A stretch of DNA of 64,000 nt from Candidatus Eiseniibacteriota bacterium (GTDB taxonomy: Bacteria > Eisenbacteria > RBG-16-71-46), in NCBI GenBank assembly GCA_963717935.1, contig CAVQXP010000004.1, positions 1,408,001 to 1,472,000 of the forward strand, in the 5' to 3' direction. Positions 51,205-60,168 of the stretch are shown here, piece by piece. Both the position numbers and the translations under genes were made by a program. Each line of letters begins with the position of its first letter. The stretch's first letter is position 1. The notes beneath the pieces are model-generated. The model did no database searches. It was not told the origin of the DNA and saw only the letters and a list, made by a program, of their open reading frames with translations.

Positions 51205-51286
51205 GGGTGGCGGGGGGCTTGCACGGGCCGGAGGACGGCTAGGTACGGACACGCTCGCCCTCCGGCCCGTGCAAGCCCCGCCGCTC
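51205..51286. repeat. Long intergenic inverted repeat
   Basis: Perfect 21-bp arms at 51214-51234 and 51259-51279, extended by a 7-bp outer stem with G-U pairs; 24-nt loop. Confidence 0.85.
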
Positions 51287-51348
51287 GTCTGATGGGGGTG
51301 GACGCCGGCCCCGCCGCGCTCGATGGGCAGCCGGCCGCTCGTGAAAGA

Positions 51349-51381
51349 ACGCCCCGGGTCCTTCGTAGGGACCCGGGGCGT
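51349..51381. terminator. Intrinsic terminator-like hairpin between ackA and the FabH-like gene
   Basis: 13-bp perfect stem ACGCCCCGGGTCC / GGACCCGGGGCGT; followed on the minus strand by TCTTTC. Confidence 0.65.
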
Positions 51382-51398
51382 CGCGTGAGCGGAACGCT

Positions 51399-52547
51399 TC
51401 AGCCGACGTCGGCCGTGACCACCACCGGGTGGCGGATGATCCCGAAGGCGATGCTTGCCGAGAGCCCGCCGCCGAAGCCGAAGAGCCCGAAACGGCGTCC
51501 CACCGTGAGCGCGTCCGCATTCAGGGACAGCGCGAGCGGGACCGAGGCGCTGGTGGTGTTGCCGAAGCGCCCGCTGGCAGTCAGCACCTGGCCGCGGAAG
51601 CCGTCCTTCTTCCACTGCGCGATGATCGCGTCGTTGAGCATCAGGTTGGCCTCGTGCAGGGCCACGAGATCGAGCTCGTCGAGCTTCCAGCCGGCCTTGC
51701 CGAGCGCTGCCGCGACCCCGGGGCCGCCCACGAAAGGCACCAGAACCTCCTTCACCGCGCGCCCGTCCATCGCCAGCAGGTGCTGGCCCTCCTGGATGTC
51801 CTCGGCCGAGCGCAGCGGGGCGCGCGAGCCGCCCATGGGTGTCTGGATGATGTCCGCGTGGCGGCCGTCGAGCCAGGACCAGAAACGCTCCGGGGCGAAC
51901 CAGTCCTCGTCCGCGGGGACCGCCTCGCAGAGCGTGGCCGTGCCGGCGTCGCCCAGCACGGTGGCGAAGGAGCGGTCGCGCCAGTTGATGGTGCAGCTCA
52001 TGCGGTCCGCGCCGACGACCACGATGCGCCGTGCCATCCCCGAGCGGATCAGGGCGTAGGCGAGCGTCAGCGCCGCCACCCACGAGGAACAGGCGAGCGA
52101 GACGTCCGCGCCCTTCAGCTCGCGCGGCAGGCCGCCCTGGAGGATCGGGATGCCGAGCGCCTCCTGCAGCAACGCCGCGTCGGGCGGACTGTAGAGGTAG
52201 GAGTGCGTCACGCTGGCGAACAGGATGCCGTCCACGTCCGCGGGCGCGGTCCCGGTGCTCTCGATCAGTCGTCGCGCGGCCAGGGTCGCCAGGTCGATGG
52301 TGCCCTGGCCCTCGGCGCTGAAGCGACGTTCGCTGAAGCCGATGAAGCGGCGCACCCAGCGATCGCTGGTCGCGAATTCGCGGGCCTCGTCGGGGGTGAG
52401 CCCGTGTCCACGTTCCTGTCGAAGCTGGGCGTTGCGCCGGATCCGTGCCAGGCGCAGCCGCGCCGCCACCTTCTCGTTGCTCCACACCTGGCGCGGAGCG
52501 TAGGAGCTGATCCCGGCGAGACGCATGCCAAAGGGATGGGTCGTCAC
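51399..52547 (-). CDS. FabH/KAS III-like 3-oxoacyl-ACP synthase
   Basis: TSDRW..., DVSLACSS (Cys), LHEAN (His), FGNTTSASVP (Asn), FGFGGGL. Confidence 0.88.
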   Translation of the reverse strand: MTTHPFGMRLAGISSYAPRQVWSNEKVAARLRLARIRRNAQLRQERGHGLTPDEAREFATSDRWVRRFIGFSERRFSAEGQGTIDLATLAARRLIESTGTAPADVDGILFASVTHSYLYSPPDAALLQEALGIPILQGGLPRELKGADVSLACSSWVAALTLAYALIRSGMARRIVVVGADRMSCTINWRDRSFATVLGDAGTATLCEAVPADEDWFAPERFWSWLDGRHADIIQTPMGGSRAPLRSAEDIQEGQHLLAMDGRAVKEVLVPFVGGPGVAAALGKAGWKLDELDLVALHEANLMLNDAIIAQWKKDGFRGQVLTASGRFGNTTSASVPLALSLNADALTVGRRFGLFGFGGGLSASIAFGIIRHPVVVTADVG

Positions 52548-52663
52548 GTCAAGACTCCTTGGCGGGGCCGACTAGCGGCCATGGAGACACACGATGAAAA
52601 GCGGCGCGACCTTACCACCGCGCGCGCGCCGCACCAACTTGCGCAGCGGCACCGGCGCCGCGC

Positions 52664-53872
52664 CTACCTCCGCGCGCTCCCCACCGCGCCCGGGATGGCC
52701 GCGAACGCCTGCTCGAGATCGGCGATCAGGTCCTCCGCGTCCTCGATGCCCGTGGAATAGCGCACCAGCCCGTCGGTGATGCCCGCCTCGAGCCGGGCCT
52801 CGCGCGACATCCCCGCGTGCGTCATCGAGGCCGGATGCTCGATGAGCGATTCGACGCCGCCCAGGGAGACGGCCAGGATGGCCAGCTTCACGTTGTCCAT
52901 GACGGTCCGTCCGGCCTCCAGGCCGCCCTTGAGCTCGAAGCTGATCATGGTGCCGAAGCCCGACATCTGCCGCTTCGCCAGCTCGTGCTGGGGATGCGAC
53001 GGCAGGCCGATGTAGCGCACCCAGTCCACCTCGGGCCGGGCCTCGAGCCAGCGCGCGATCTCGAGCGCTCCCCGTTGGGCGCGCTCGATGCGGATGCCCA
53101 GGGTCTTCAGGCCGCGGTACGCCATGAACGCCTGGTGCGGGTCCATGTTGCAGCCCAGCGCGATCATCAGCGGGCGCAGGCGGCGGTCCATCTCCTCGGT
53201 CTTCGCGATCACGATGCCGCCGACGATGTCGGCGTGACCGTTGAGGAACTTGGTCACCGAGTGCAGCACGACGTCGGCGCCCAGGTCGAGGGGCTTCTGC
53301 AGGTAGGGGGAGGCGAAGGTGTTGTCCACCACCAGCGGACAGCCGTGCGCGTGCGCGATCTCGGCCACCGCCTTGACGTCGGTGACCTGCATGGCCGGGT
53401 TGGAAGGGGTCTCGATGTAGACCAGCTTCGTGTTCGGCCGCAGGGCCTTCCGTACGTTCGCCACGTCGGTCGTGTCCACGAAGGTGGCCTCGACGCCGAA
53501 GCGGGAGAGGTGCTTCTCGACCAGGCCGCGCGACGGCCCGTAGACCGAGGCCGTGCTCACCATGTGGGCGCCCTTCTCCAGCAGCGCCATGTAGACGATC
53601 GAGACCGCGCCCATGCCCGAGCTCGCGGCGATGCCGCGCCGGCCGTTCTCCAGCTCGCCGACGCACTCCTCCAGCGCCCTGATCGTCGGGTTGCCCAGGC
53701 GGGTGTAGATGTAACCGTCGTCCGCGCCCCCGAAGAGAGCTGCCCCGTGCTCGGCGTTGCGGAAGGCGAAGGTGGAGGTCTGGTAGATGGGGACCGTCAC
53801 GGCCCCGGTGGGGTCGCCATGGAACCCGGCGTGCACCAGCCGGGTGTTGATTCCCTGTTTCTTCGACTTCAC
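52664..53872 (-). CDS. Cys/Met metabolism PLP enzyme, methionine gamma-lyase-like
   Basis: PIYQTSTFAF, YIYTRLGNPT, SSGMGA, ETPSNP, VDNTF, HSVTKFLNGH, AVSLGGVESLIEHPASMTH. Confidence 0.88.
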   Translation of the reverse strand: MKSKKQGINTRLVHAGFHGDPTGAVTVPIYQTSTFAFRNAEHGAALFGGADDGYIYTRLGNPTIRALEECVGELENGRRGIAASSGMGAVSIVYMALLEKGAHMVSTASVYGPSRGLVEKHLSRFGVEATFVDTTDVANVRKALRPNTKLVYIETPSNPAMQVTDVKAVAEIAHAHGCPLVVDNTFASPYLQKPLDLGADVVLHSVTKFLNGHADIVGGIVIAKTEEMDRRLRPLMIALGCNMDPHQAFMAYRGLKTLGIRIERAQRGALEIARWLEARPEVDWVRYIGLPSHPQHELAKRQMSGFGTMISFELKGGLEAGRTVMDNVKLAILAVSLGGVESLIEHPASMTHAGMSREARLEAGITDGLVRYSTGIEDAEDLIADLEQAFAAIPGAVGSARR

Positions 53873-54019
53873 GACGGCCTCCCTCGGGGCGGAGTGGTCC
53901 GGGTCACGAGCGGTACGGTGGAAGGGACGGCGAGATTACAGGTTCGCCCCGGCGAGGCTCAAGCGGGGTGGGGGTGGGCGCGCGGCGCCGCGGGCGCGCG
54001 CGGCGCGTTGGCCGCGTGC

Positions 54020-54250
54020 CTACGCCGGCCGGACGAGGATCTCCCCGGCCACGGCGTCGTCCAGCGAGATCTCCGTCTCTCCCACCCGCAGCACCAGCGC
54101 CGGTTTGCGCTGCAGGACCACGAGCCAGGAGCCCGGCATGAGCCCGAGCGCCCCGAGGCGCGCGAGCCGGGCGTGGTTGTCGGACTTGAGTTCGACCACC
54201 TGGGCCCGCTGGCCCGACTTCAGGCGATGCAGCGGCACGGCGCGGTTCAC
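54020..54250 (-). CDS. feoA: Ferrous iron transport protein A
   Basis: 76 aa; LHRLKSGQRAQV...RLGALGLMPG...VGETEISLD...ILV; in an operon with feoB. Confidence 0.88.
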   Translation of the reverse strand: MNRAVPLHRLKSGQRAQVVELKSDNHARLARLGALGLMPGSWLVVLQRKPALVLRVGETEISLDDAVAGEILVRPA

Positions 54251-54459
54251 GGGCTCGGCTCCTTTTTGTCGGGTTCACCGGGCGAGTGCATCAGGCGGCG
54301 CAGCAGCTTCGCGGCACCCGACTTGCTCTCGTCCACCATCTGGTAGCCGCAGTTCGGGCAGCAGAGGAGGCTGCAGCCCTGGATCGCGGCCATCGGGCAC
54401 TCGCTGGCGCAGGAGTGGTCGGTCTCGTCGAAGTCGCAGCCGCAGAGTGGACAGTGCAT
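54247..54459 (-). CDS. Small Cys-rich (9 Cys) putative metal-binding protein in the feo operon
   Basis: 70 aa MHCPLCGCDFDETDHSCASECPMAAIQGCSLLCCPNCGYQMVDESKS...; SD GAGG; fills the feoB-feoA gap with a GTGA overlap into feoA. Confidence 0.8.
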   Translation of the reverse strand: MHCPLCGCDFDETDHSCASECPMAAIQGCSLLCCPNCGYQMVDESKSGAAKLLRRLMHSPGEPDKKEPSP

Positions 54460-54467
54460 GGTGCGCC

Positions 54468-56411
54468 TCAGAAGTGGACGCCGAAGGCGAGCAGCCCGAA
54501 GTGGAGCAGCACGCCGACGGCGAAGGCGAACGGGAAGACGAAGCCCACGACCCAGAATGCGACCCTGGCCCCGTACTCGCGCGCGATGACGAGCACGTTG
54601 GCGAAGCAGGGCACGAACAAGGTGATGACGACCAGGCTCACCAGCACCTGCGGCACGTTGAGCGCGCCAGCGCGGGCCATCGCGAACAGCCCGGCGGCGC
54701 CATAGTCCCGGCGCAGGAAGCCGACGACGAAGGAGGCGGTGGTGGCGCGTGGCAGGCCCAGCCCGCCCTCGACCAGCGGAGCGGCCCAGCGTTCGAGCTG
54801 ATGCAGGGCCCCGGTGCGGTCGAGCACGAAGAGCAGCAAGGTGCCCAGCGCGAAGAGCGGCAGCACCTCCTTGAGGTACCACTCAAGGCGGGCTACGGTC
54901 TTCACGATGATGTTGACGAGCTGCGGCCGGCGGATCGGCGGCAATTCGAGGATGAAATCGGAGCGCTCGCCGGGGATCACCCGCGAGGCGGCCCAGCCGA
55001 CGGCGAACATCACGCCGGTGACGACCCCGCCCCAGACCACGACCGCCGCCGGGGGCAGGTAGGCGATCATGCCCATGATGACCCCGAGTTGCGCCGAGCA
55101 GGGCACCCCCAGTGCCAGCAGCAGCGTGACCATCAGGCGGTCCTTGCGGGTCTCGAGGATGCGTGTCGTCATCGTGGCCATGGTGTCGCAGCCCAGGCCC
55201 AGCACCATCGGGAGCACGGCCTTGCCATTGAGACCGAGGGCCTTGAAGGGGCGGTCCATCATCACCGCGAGCCGCGGCAGGTAGCCCGAGTCCTCGAGCA
55301 GCCCGAAGGCGATGAAGAAGGTGAGCACGATGGGCATGACGATGGCGACGCCGTAGGTGAGCGCCATGGTGATGAGCCCGTACGGGCCCACGAGCAGGTC
55401 GCGCACCAGCGGCACGGGGATGAGACCCGCCAGCCGGACGGCGAGCGGATTCACGCCGTGGCCGAAGAACACGTGCTCCATCCAGTTGACGCACACGCCC
55501 GCGCCCAGGCGCCCGACGAAGAGGTAGAAGAGGGCAAGCACGGCGATCAGCACGGGCACGCCCCAGACCGGGTGCAGGGCCAGGCGCCCCAGGGTCTCGC
55601 CCGCGTGCGCCTGCCGGGTCTCGGGGTGCCGGACGACCTCGGCGACCAGTTCGTCCACGGCATGCAGCCGCTGCTGGGTGAGCACGAAGTGGAGCGGCCG
55701 CGGGTAGCGCTCCGCCGTCCGGGCGACGAGCGCCTCGATCTCCGCGCGGTGCGCCCTCCCGTAGCGTTCCGTCAGCTCCCCATCGCCGGCCAGGATCATC
55801 AGCGCGATGGCCCGCTCGTCCCCGCTGCGTCCTTCGAGCAGGGGCTCCAGCCGGTCGACCGCAGCCTCGATCGTCGGGTCGTAGCGGACCCGGTGACGCG
55901 CGGGGCGCGCGGCCTGGAAGCGCGAGCGGAGCGCCTCGATGCCCTCGCCCGTCACGGCCACGGTGGGCACCACCTGGGCGCCCAGCAACTGCTCGAGGCG
56001 CCCGGTGTCCACCTGGATGCCGCGCTCGCGGGCCTCGTCCACCATGTTGACGTCGAGCAGCAGGGGCCGGTCCAGCTCCGCGAGTTGCACGGTGAGCAGC
56101 AGGCTGCGCCGCAGGTTGCGCGCGTCGGCCACCTGCAGCACCAGGCTCCCGCCGCGTTCGAGCAGGAGGTCGCGGGTGACGCGCTCGTCGTCCGAGCGGG
56201 CGTGCAGGGACTGGATGCCGGGCGTGTCCACCAGCGGCATCCCGTCCGTGTGCCCGGTGCTCAGCTCGACGGTCGTGCCGGGGAAGTTCGAGATCTCGAC
56301 GTAGTGCCCGGTGAGCGCGCCGAACAGGGCGCTCTTGCCCACGTTCGGGTTGCCGACGAGGATGACGTGAGCGTCGTCCTCGAGGGAGGAGGCGATCGGG
56401 AATCGGGTCAT
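54468..56411 (-). CDS. feoB: Ferrous iron transport protein B
   Basis: G1 GNPNVGKS, G2 NFPGTT, G3 DTPG, G4 NMVD; LEDSGYLPR, LGLGC, VPCSAQ, FILELP, FVPC. Confidence 0.95.
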   Translation of the reverse strand: MTRFPIASSLEDDAHVILVGNPNVGKSALFGALTGHYVEISNFPGTTVELSTGHTDGMPLVDTPGIQSLHARSDDERVTRDLLLERGGSLVLQVADARNLRRSLLLTVQLAELDRPLLLDVNMVDEARERGIQVDTGRLEQLLGAQVVPTVAVTGEGIEALRSRFQAARPARHRVRYDPTIEAAVDRLEPLLEGRSGDERAIALMILAGDGELTERYGRAHRAEIEALVARTAERYPRPLHFVLTQQRLHAVDELVAEVVRHPETRQAHAGETLGRLALHPVWGVPVLIAVLALFYLFVGRLGAGVCVNWMEHVFFGHGVNPLAVRLAGLIPVPLVRDLLVGPYGLITMALTYGVAIVMPIVLTFFIAFGLLEDSGYLPRLAVMMDRPFKALGLNGKAVLPMVLGLGCDTMATMTTRILETRKDRLMVTLLLALGVPCSAQLGVIMGMIAYLPPAAVVVWGGVVTGVMFAVGWAASRVIPGERSDFILELPPIRRPQLVNIIVKTVARLEWYLKEVLPLFALGTLLLFVLDRTGALHQLERWAAPLVEGGLGLPRATTASFVVGFLRRDYGAAGLFAMARAGALNVPQVLVSLVVITLFVPCFANVLVIAREYGARVAFWVVGFVFPFAFAVGVLLHFGLLAFGVHF

Positions 56412-56657
56412 GGATTGCCGGAGGCAGGCTCCTGGTGGGGTCCGGCCGCGTCATGGCCGTGGGTCGGCCCCCATGTAACCACGTCGGGTCCGGGAGCGAA
56501 AGCGAGTGGCCGCGGGCGCTCGTCGTCTCCTTTTGCCGCTCCGGTCGCCGGAAGACGTACCGCTCGAGGGTCGCATGGCCTAGAATGCCCGCCGTCTGTG
56601 CCCGGCACTCGCGCCACCCGGCGCGCCAACCCCCAACCGGAAGGTGGGAGCAGGACG

Positions 56658-59600
56658 ATGAGACGATCCCTTGCCGCGTTGCTCGCGCTCGTGACTCTGG
56701 TGGCTCTGCCCGTGAACGCCGCCGAGGTCAGCCGCAAGCCGGCTCAGCCGGCCAAGGCCAGGCCCGCCGCGTCCGCGAAGTCCGCGGCGCGCGCGGGGTC
56801 CGACAGCCTGCTCAAGCCCGGGACCTTCACCGGGCTCGAGTTGCGCGCGATCGGACCCGCCATGAACTCGGGGCGCATCAGCGACCTGGCCGTGCACCCG
56901 GGGCAGCGGGCCACCTGGTACGTGGCGGTGGCCTGCGGCGGTGTCTGGAAGACGGTCAACGCCGGCAACACCTTCACACCCATCTTCGACCAGCAGGGTG
57001 TGTACTCGATCGGCTGCGTGGCCGTGGACCCGAAGAACCCCCTCGTCGTCTGGGTCGGCACCGGCGAGAACAACAGCCAGCGCTCGGTGGGCTACGGCGA
57101 CGGGGTCTACAAGTCGGAGGACGGCGGGAAGACCTGGGAGAACGTGGGCCTCAAGGCCTCCGAGCACATCGGCAGGATCGTGATCGACCCGCGCGACCCG
57201 AACACCGTCTACGTCGCGGCGCAGGGCCCGCTCTGGGCCGACGGCGGCGACCGCGGGCTCTACAAGAGCGTGAACGGCGGGAAGGACTGGAAGAAGGTGC
57301 TCGAGATCAGCCCGCGCACCGGCGTGTCGGACCTCTGGTGCGACCCGCGCGACCCCGACGTGCTCTACGCGAGCGCCTACCAGCGCCGCCGCCACGTCTG
57401 GGCGATGCTGGACGGCGGCCCCGAGAGCGCGATCTACAAGTCCACCGACGCCGGCACGACCTGGAAGAAGCTCGAGAACGGGCTGCCGAAGGAGGACATG
57501 GGGCGCATCGGGCTCGCGGTCTCGCCGGCCGACCCCGACGTCATCTACGCCGTCATCGAGGCGGCGAACAAGGCGGGTGGCACCTTCCGCTCGACCGACG
57601 CGGGTGCGAACTGGGAGAAGGTGAACGACTACGTCTCGCCGAGCGCCCAGTACTACAACGAGCTGATCCCCGACCCGAAGGTCGTGGGGCGCGTCTATTC
57701 GATGGACACCTGGATGATGGTGACCGAGGACGGGGGCAAGACCTGGCGGCGCGTGGGCGAGAAGTACAAGCACGTGGACAACCACGCCCTGTGGATCGAC
57801 CCCGATGACACGAAGCACCTGATCGCCGGTTGCGACGGCGGCCTCTACGATTCCTTCGACCGCGGGGCCAACTGGCGCTTCTTCGGCAACCTGCCGGTGA
57901 CCCAGTTCTACAAGGTGGGTCTGGACAACGCGACGCCCTTCTACAATGTCTACGGCGGCACGCAGGACAACAACACGCTGGGCGGCCCGTCCCGCACCCT
58001 CAACCAGCACGGCATCATGAACCAGGACTGGTTCATCACCACCGGCGGCGATGGCTACCAGACCCAGGTGGACCCCGAGGATCCGGACGTCCTCTACTCC
58101 ATGTCGCAGTACGGGGTGCTGGTCCGCTACGACCGCAAGACCGGCGAGCAGACGGACATCCAGCCGCAGCCGGGCGCCGACAACGCGCCGTTGCGCTGGA
58201 ACTGGGACTCGCCGCTCTTCATCAGCCCGCACTCGCACACCCGCCTCTACTTCGCGGCGAACAAGCTGTTCCGCAGCGACGACCGCGGCGACTCGTGGCA
58301 GGCGGTGAGCTCCGACCTCACGCGGCAGATCGACCGCAACAAGCTCAAGTTGATGGGCCGGGTCTGGAGCGTGGACGCGGTCGCCAAGAACGCCTCGACC
58401 TCGCTCTACGGCAACATCGTGGCCATCGCGGAGTCGCCGCTCAGGGAAGGCCTGCTGTTCGTCGGCACGGACGACGGGCTCATCCAGATCAGCGAGGATG
58501 GCGGCGGGACCTGGCGGAGGATCGAGAAGTTCCCCGGGGTGCCGGAGCTGTCGTACGTCTCGCGGGTCACGCCCTCGCAGCACGACGTCAGCACGCTCTA
58601 CGCCACCTTCGAGAACCACAAGCAGGCCGACTTCAAGCCCTACGTGCTCAAGAGCACGGACCTGGGACGCAGCTGGACGCCGATCGCGGCGAACCTGCCC
58701 GAGAACGGTCCGGTCTGGGTGGTGCTCGAGGACCACGTGAACCGGAACCTGCTCTTCGCGGGCACCGAGTTCGGAGTGTTCTTCACCAACGACGGCGGGA
58801 AGAAGTGGGTGCAGCTCAAGGGCGGCATGCCGCCGATCTGCGTGAAGGACCTCGCCATCCAGAAGCGCGAGAACGACCTGGTCGTGGCCACCTTCGGCCG
58901 CGGCTTCTATGTCCTCGACGATTACTCGCCGCTGCGCACGGCCGACGGGGCGATGCTCTCGCGGGAGAGCGCGCTGCTGCCGCCGCGCCCCGCGTGGGCC
59001 TACATGGAGTCCTATCCGCTGGGCGACCCCGGCAAGAGCCAGCAGGGTGACGGCTTCTACACGGCGTCCAATCCGCCCTATGGCGCCGTCTTCACCTACT
59101 ACCTGCGCGACGAGATCAAGAGCCGGAAGGAAGCGCGCCACGAGCAGGAGAAGGAGATCCAGAAGAAGGACGGCGACACCTTCTATCCGCCGTGGGACGC
59201 GCTGCGCACCGAGACGCGCGAAGAGGACCCGGCCATCCTGCTCACCGTGACCGACGAGGCGGGCGGCGTGGTGCGCCGCATCGTCGGGCCGGTGTCCGCG
59301 GGATTCCACCGCGTGGCCTGGGACCTGCGCTACCCGGCCGCGAATCCCACCTCGCTCGCCAAGCCCGCTGAGTTGGCGCCCTGGGACCGTGCCCCGGCGG
59401 GCCCGCTGGCGGCTCCGGGCACCTACCAGGTCTCCCTCGCCAGACGGGTCGAGGGCAAGGTCGTCCCGCTCGCCGGCCCGGTGGGGTTCTCGGTGGACGT
59501 GCTGGGCGTCTCGGCCCTGCCGCCCGCCGACCGGAGCGCCACGCTCGCCTTCCAGAAGAAGATCGCGCGCCTGCAGCGCGCGGTGCTGGGCGCGGGTGAG

Positions 59601-60005
59601 AGCGCCCGCGAAGCGCAGCGGCGGCTCGACCACCTCAAGAAGGCGCTGCTCGACACGCCGGCGGCCGACCCGCGGCTCTCCGACGAGGCGCGTGCGATCG
59701 AGTCGCGGCTCAAGGACCTGCAGGTGGCGCTCGGTGGGGACGACCTGCTCGCCGAGAAGAACGAGCCGGTGCCGCCGGCGGTGCAGGACCGCGTGAGCCA
59801 GGTCGTGGGCGGGGCGTGGTACTCGACTTCGGCGCCCACGAAGACGCACCAGCAGTGCTACGACATCGCGGCGGCCCAGTTCGCCCCGGTGCTCGAGAAG
59901 TTGCGCGCGCTGATCGACGTGGACCTGAAGCGGCTCGAGGAGCAGGCGGAGTCGGCGGGCTCGCCGTGGACGCCAGGCCGCGTGCCGACCTGGAAGCCGG
60001 AGTAG
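56658..60005 (+). CDS. Large secreted Asp-box (BNR) beta-propeller protein, Vps10/sortilin-like
   Basis: Signal peptide; IGPAMNSGRI; about 11 SxDxGxTW-type Asp boxes; HVDNHALWI, GGTQDN; C-terminal Ig-like and coiled-coil regions. Confidence 0.88.
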   Translation: MRRSLAALLALVTLVALPVNAAEVSRKPAQPAKARPAASAKSAARAGSDSLLKPGTFTGLELRAIGPAMNSGRISDLAVHPGQRATWYVAVACGGVWKTVNAGNTFTPIFDQQGVYSIGCVAVDPKNPLVVWVGTGENNSQRSVGYGDGVYKSEDGGKTWENVGLKASEHIGRIVIDPRDPNTVYVAAQGPLWADGGDRGLYKSVNGGKDWKKVLEISPRTGVSDLWCDPRDPDVLYASAYQRRRHVWAMLDGGPESAIYKSTDAGTTWKKLENGLPKEDMGRIGLAVSPADPDVIYAVIEAANKAGGTFRSTDAGANWEKVNDYVSPSAQYYNELIPDPKVVGRVYSMDTWMMVTEDGGKTWRRVGEKYKHVDNHALWIDPDDTKHLIAGCDGGLYDSFDRGANWRFFGNLPVTQFYKVGLDNATPFYNVYGGTQDNNTLGGPSRTLNQHGIMNQDWFITTGGDGYQTQVDPEDPDVLYSMSQYGVLVRYDRKTGEQTDIQPQPGADNAPLRWNWDSPLFISPHSHTRLYFAANKLFRSDDRGDSWQAVSSDLTRQIDRNKLKLMGRVWSVDAVAKNASTSLYGNIVAIAESPLREGLLFVGTDDGLIQISEDGGGTWRRIEKFPGVPELSYVSRVTPSQHDVSTLYATFENHKQADFKPYVLKSTDLGRSWTPIAANLPENGPVWVVLEDHVNRNLLFAGTEFGVFFTNDGGKKWVQLKGGMPPICVKDLAIQKRENDLVVATFGRGFYVLDDYSPLRTADGAMLSRESALLPPRPAWAYMESYPLGDPGKSQQGDGFYTASNPPYGAVFTYYLRDEIKSRKEARHEQEKEIQKKDGDTFYPPWDALRTETREEDPAILLTVTDEAGGVVRRIVGPVSAGFHRVAWDLRYPAANPTSLAKPAELAPWDRAPAGPLAAPGTYQVSLARRVEGKVVPLAGPVGFSVDVLGVSALPPADRSATLAFQKKIARLQRAVLGAGESAREAQRRLDHLKKALLDTPAADPRLSDEARAIESRLKDLQVALGGDDLLAEKNEPVPPAVQDRVSQVVGGAWYSTSAPTKTHQQCYDIAAAQFAPVLEKLRALIDVDLKRLEEQAESAGSPWTPGRVPTWKPE

Positions 60006-60015
60006 CGACTGGGTG

Positions 60016-60044
60016 GGGGCCGGTTCCCGACGGGGGCCGGCCCC
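60016..60044 (+). terminator. Stem-loop after the Asp-box protein gene
   Basis: GGGGCCGGTTCCC-GAC-GGGGGCCGGCCCC, 13-bp stem with G-U pairs; no U tract. Confidence 0.45.
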
Positions 60045-60075
60045 GGCCGCATCGGGCGTGTGCATCGCCGCGGGC

Positions 60076-60104
60076 TTGACCCCGCCCGCGACTTGGTCCG
60101 TAAT
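60076..60104 (+). promoter_or_regulatory. Possible sigma70 promoter for the MFS genes
   Basis: TTGACC, 17-nt spacer, CGTAAT. Confidence 0.4.
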
Positions 60105-60168
60105 AGTCTCGGGGTGCGTTTGAGACGCGTGGCCCCACGAGCCGCTTCGCGATGACAGGGGAGAGCCC

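Noticed and set aside
53873..54019. SAM riboswitch upstream of the methionine gamma-lyase-like gene
   Set aside because: No SAM-I/II consensus is visible. The region is short and explained by a TTGAGC/TGTAAT promoter-like pair.
53787..56657. 5' part of the 2072-aa ORF (53787..60005) as a giant fusion protein
   Set aside because: This stretch is the antisense shadow of feoB/feoA. The real protein begins at 56658 with an SD and a signal peptide.
56412..56657. Fur or DtxR box upstream of feoB
   Set aside because: The region is GC-rich with no AT-rich 19-bp palindrome.
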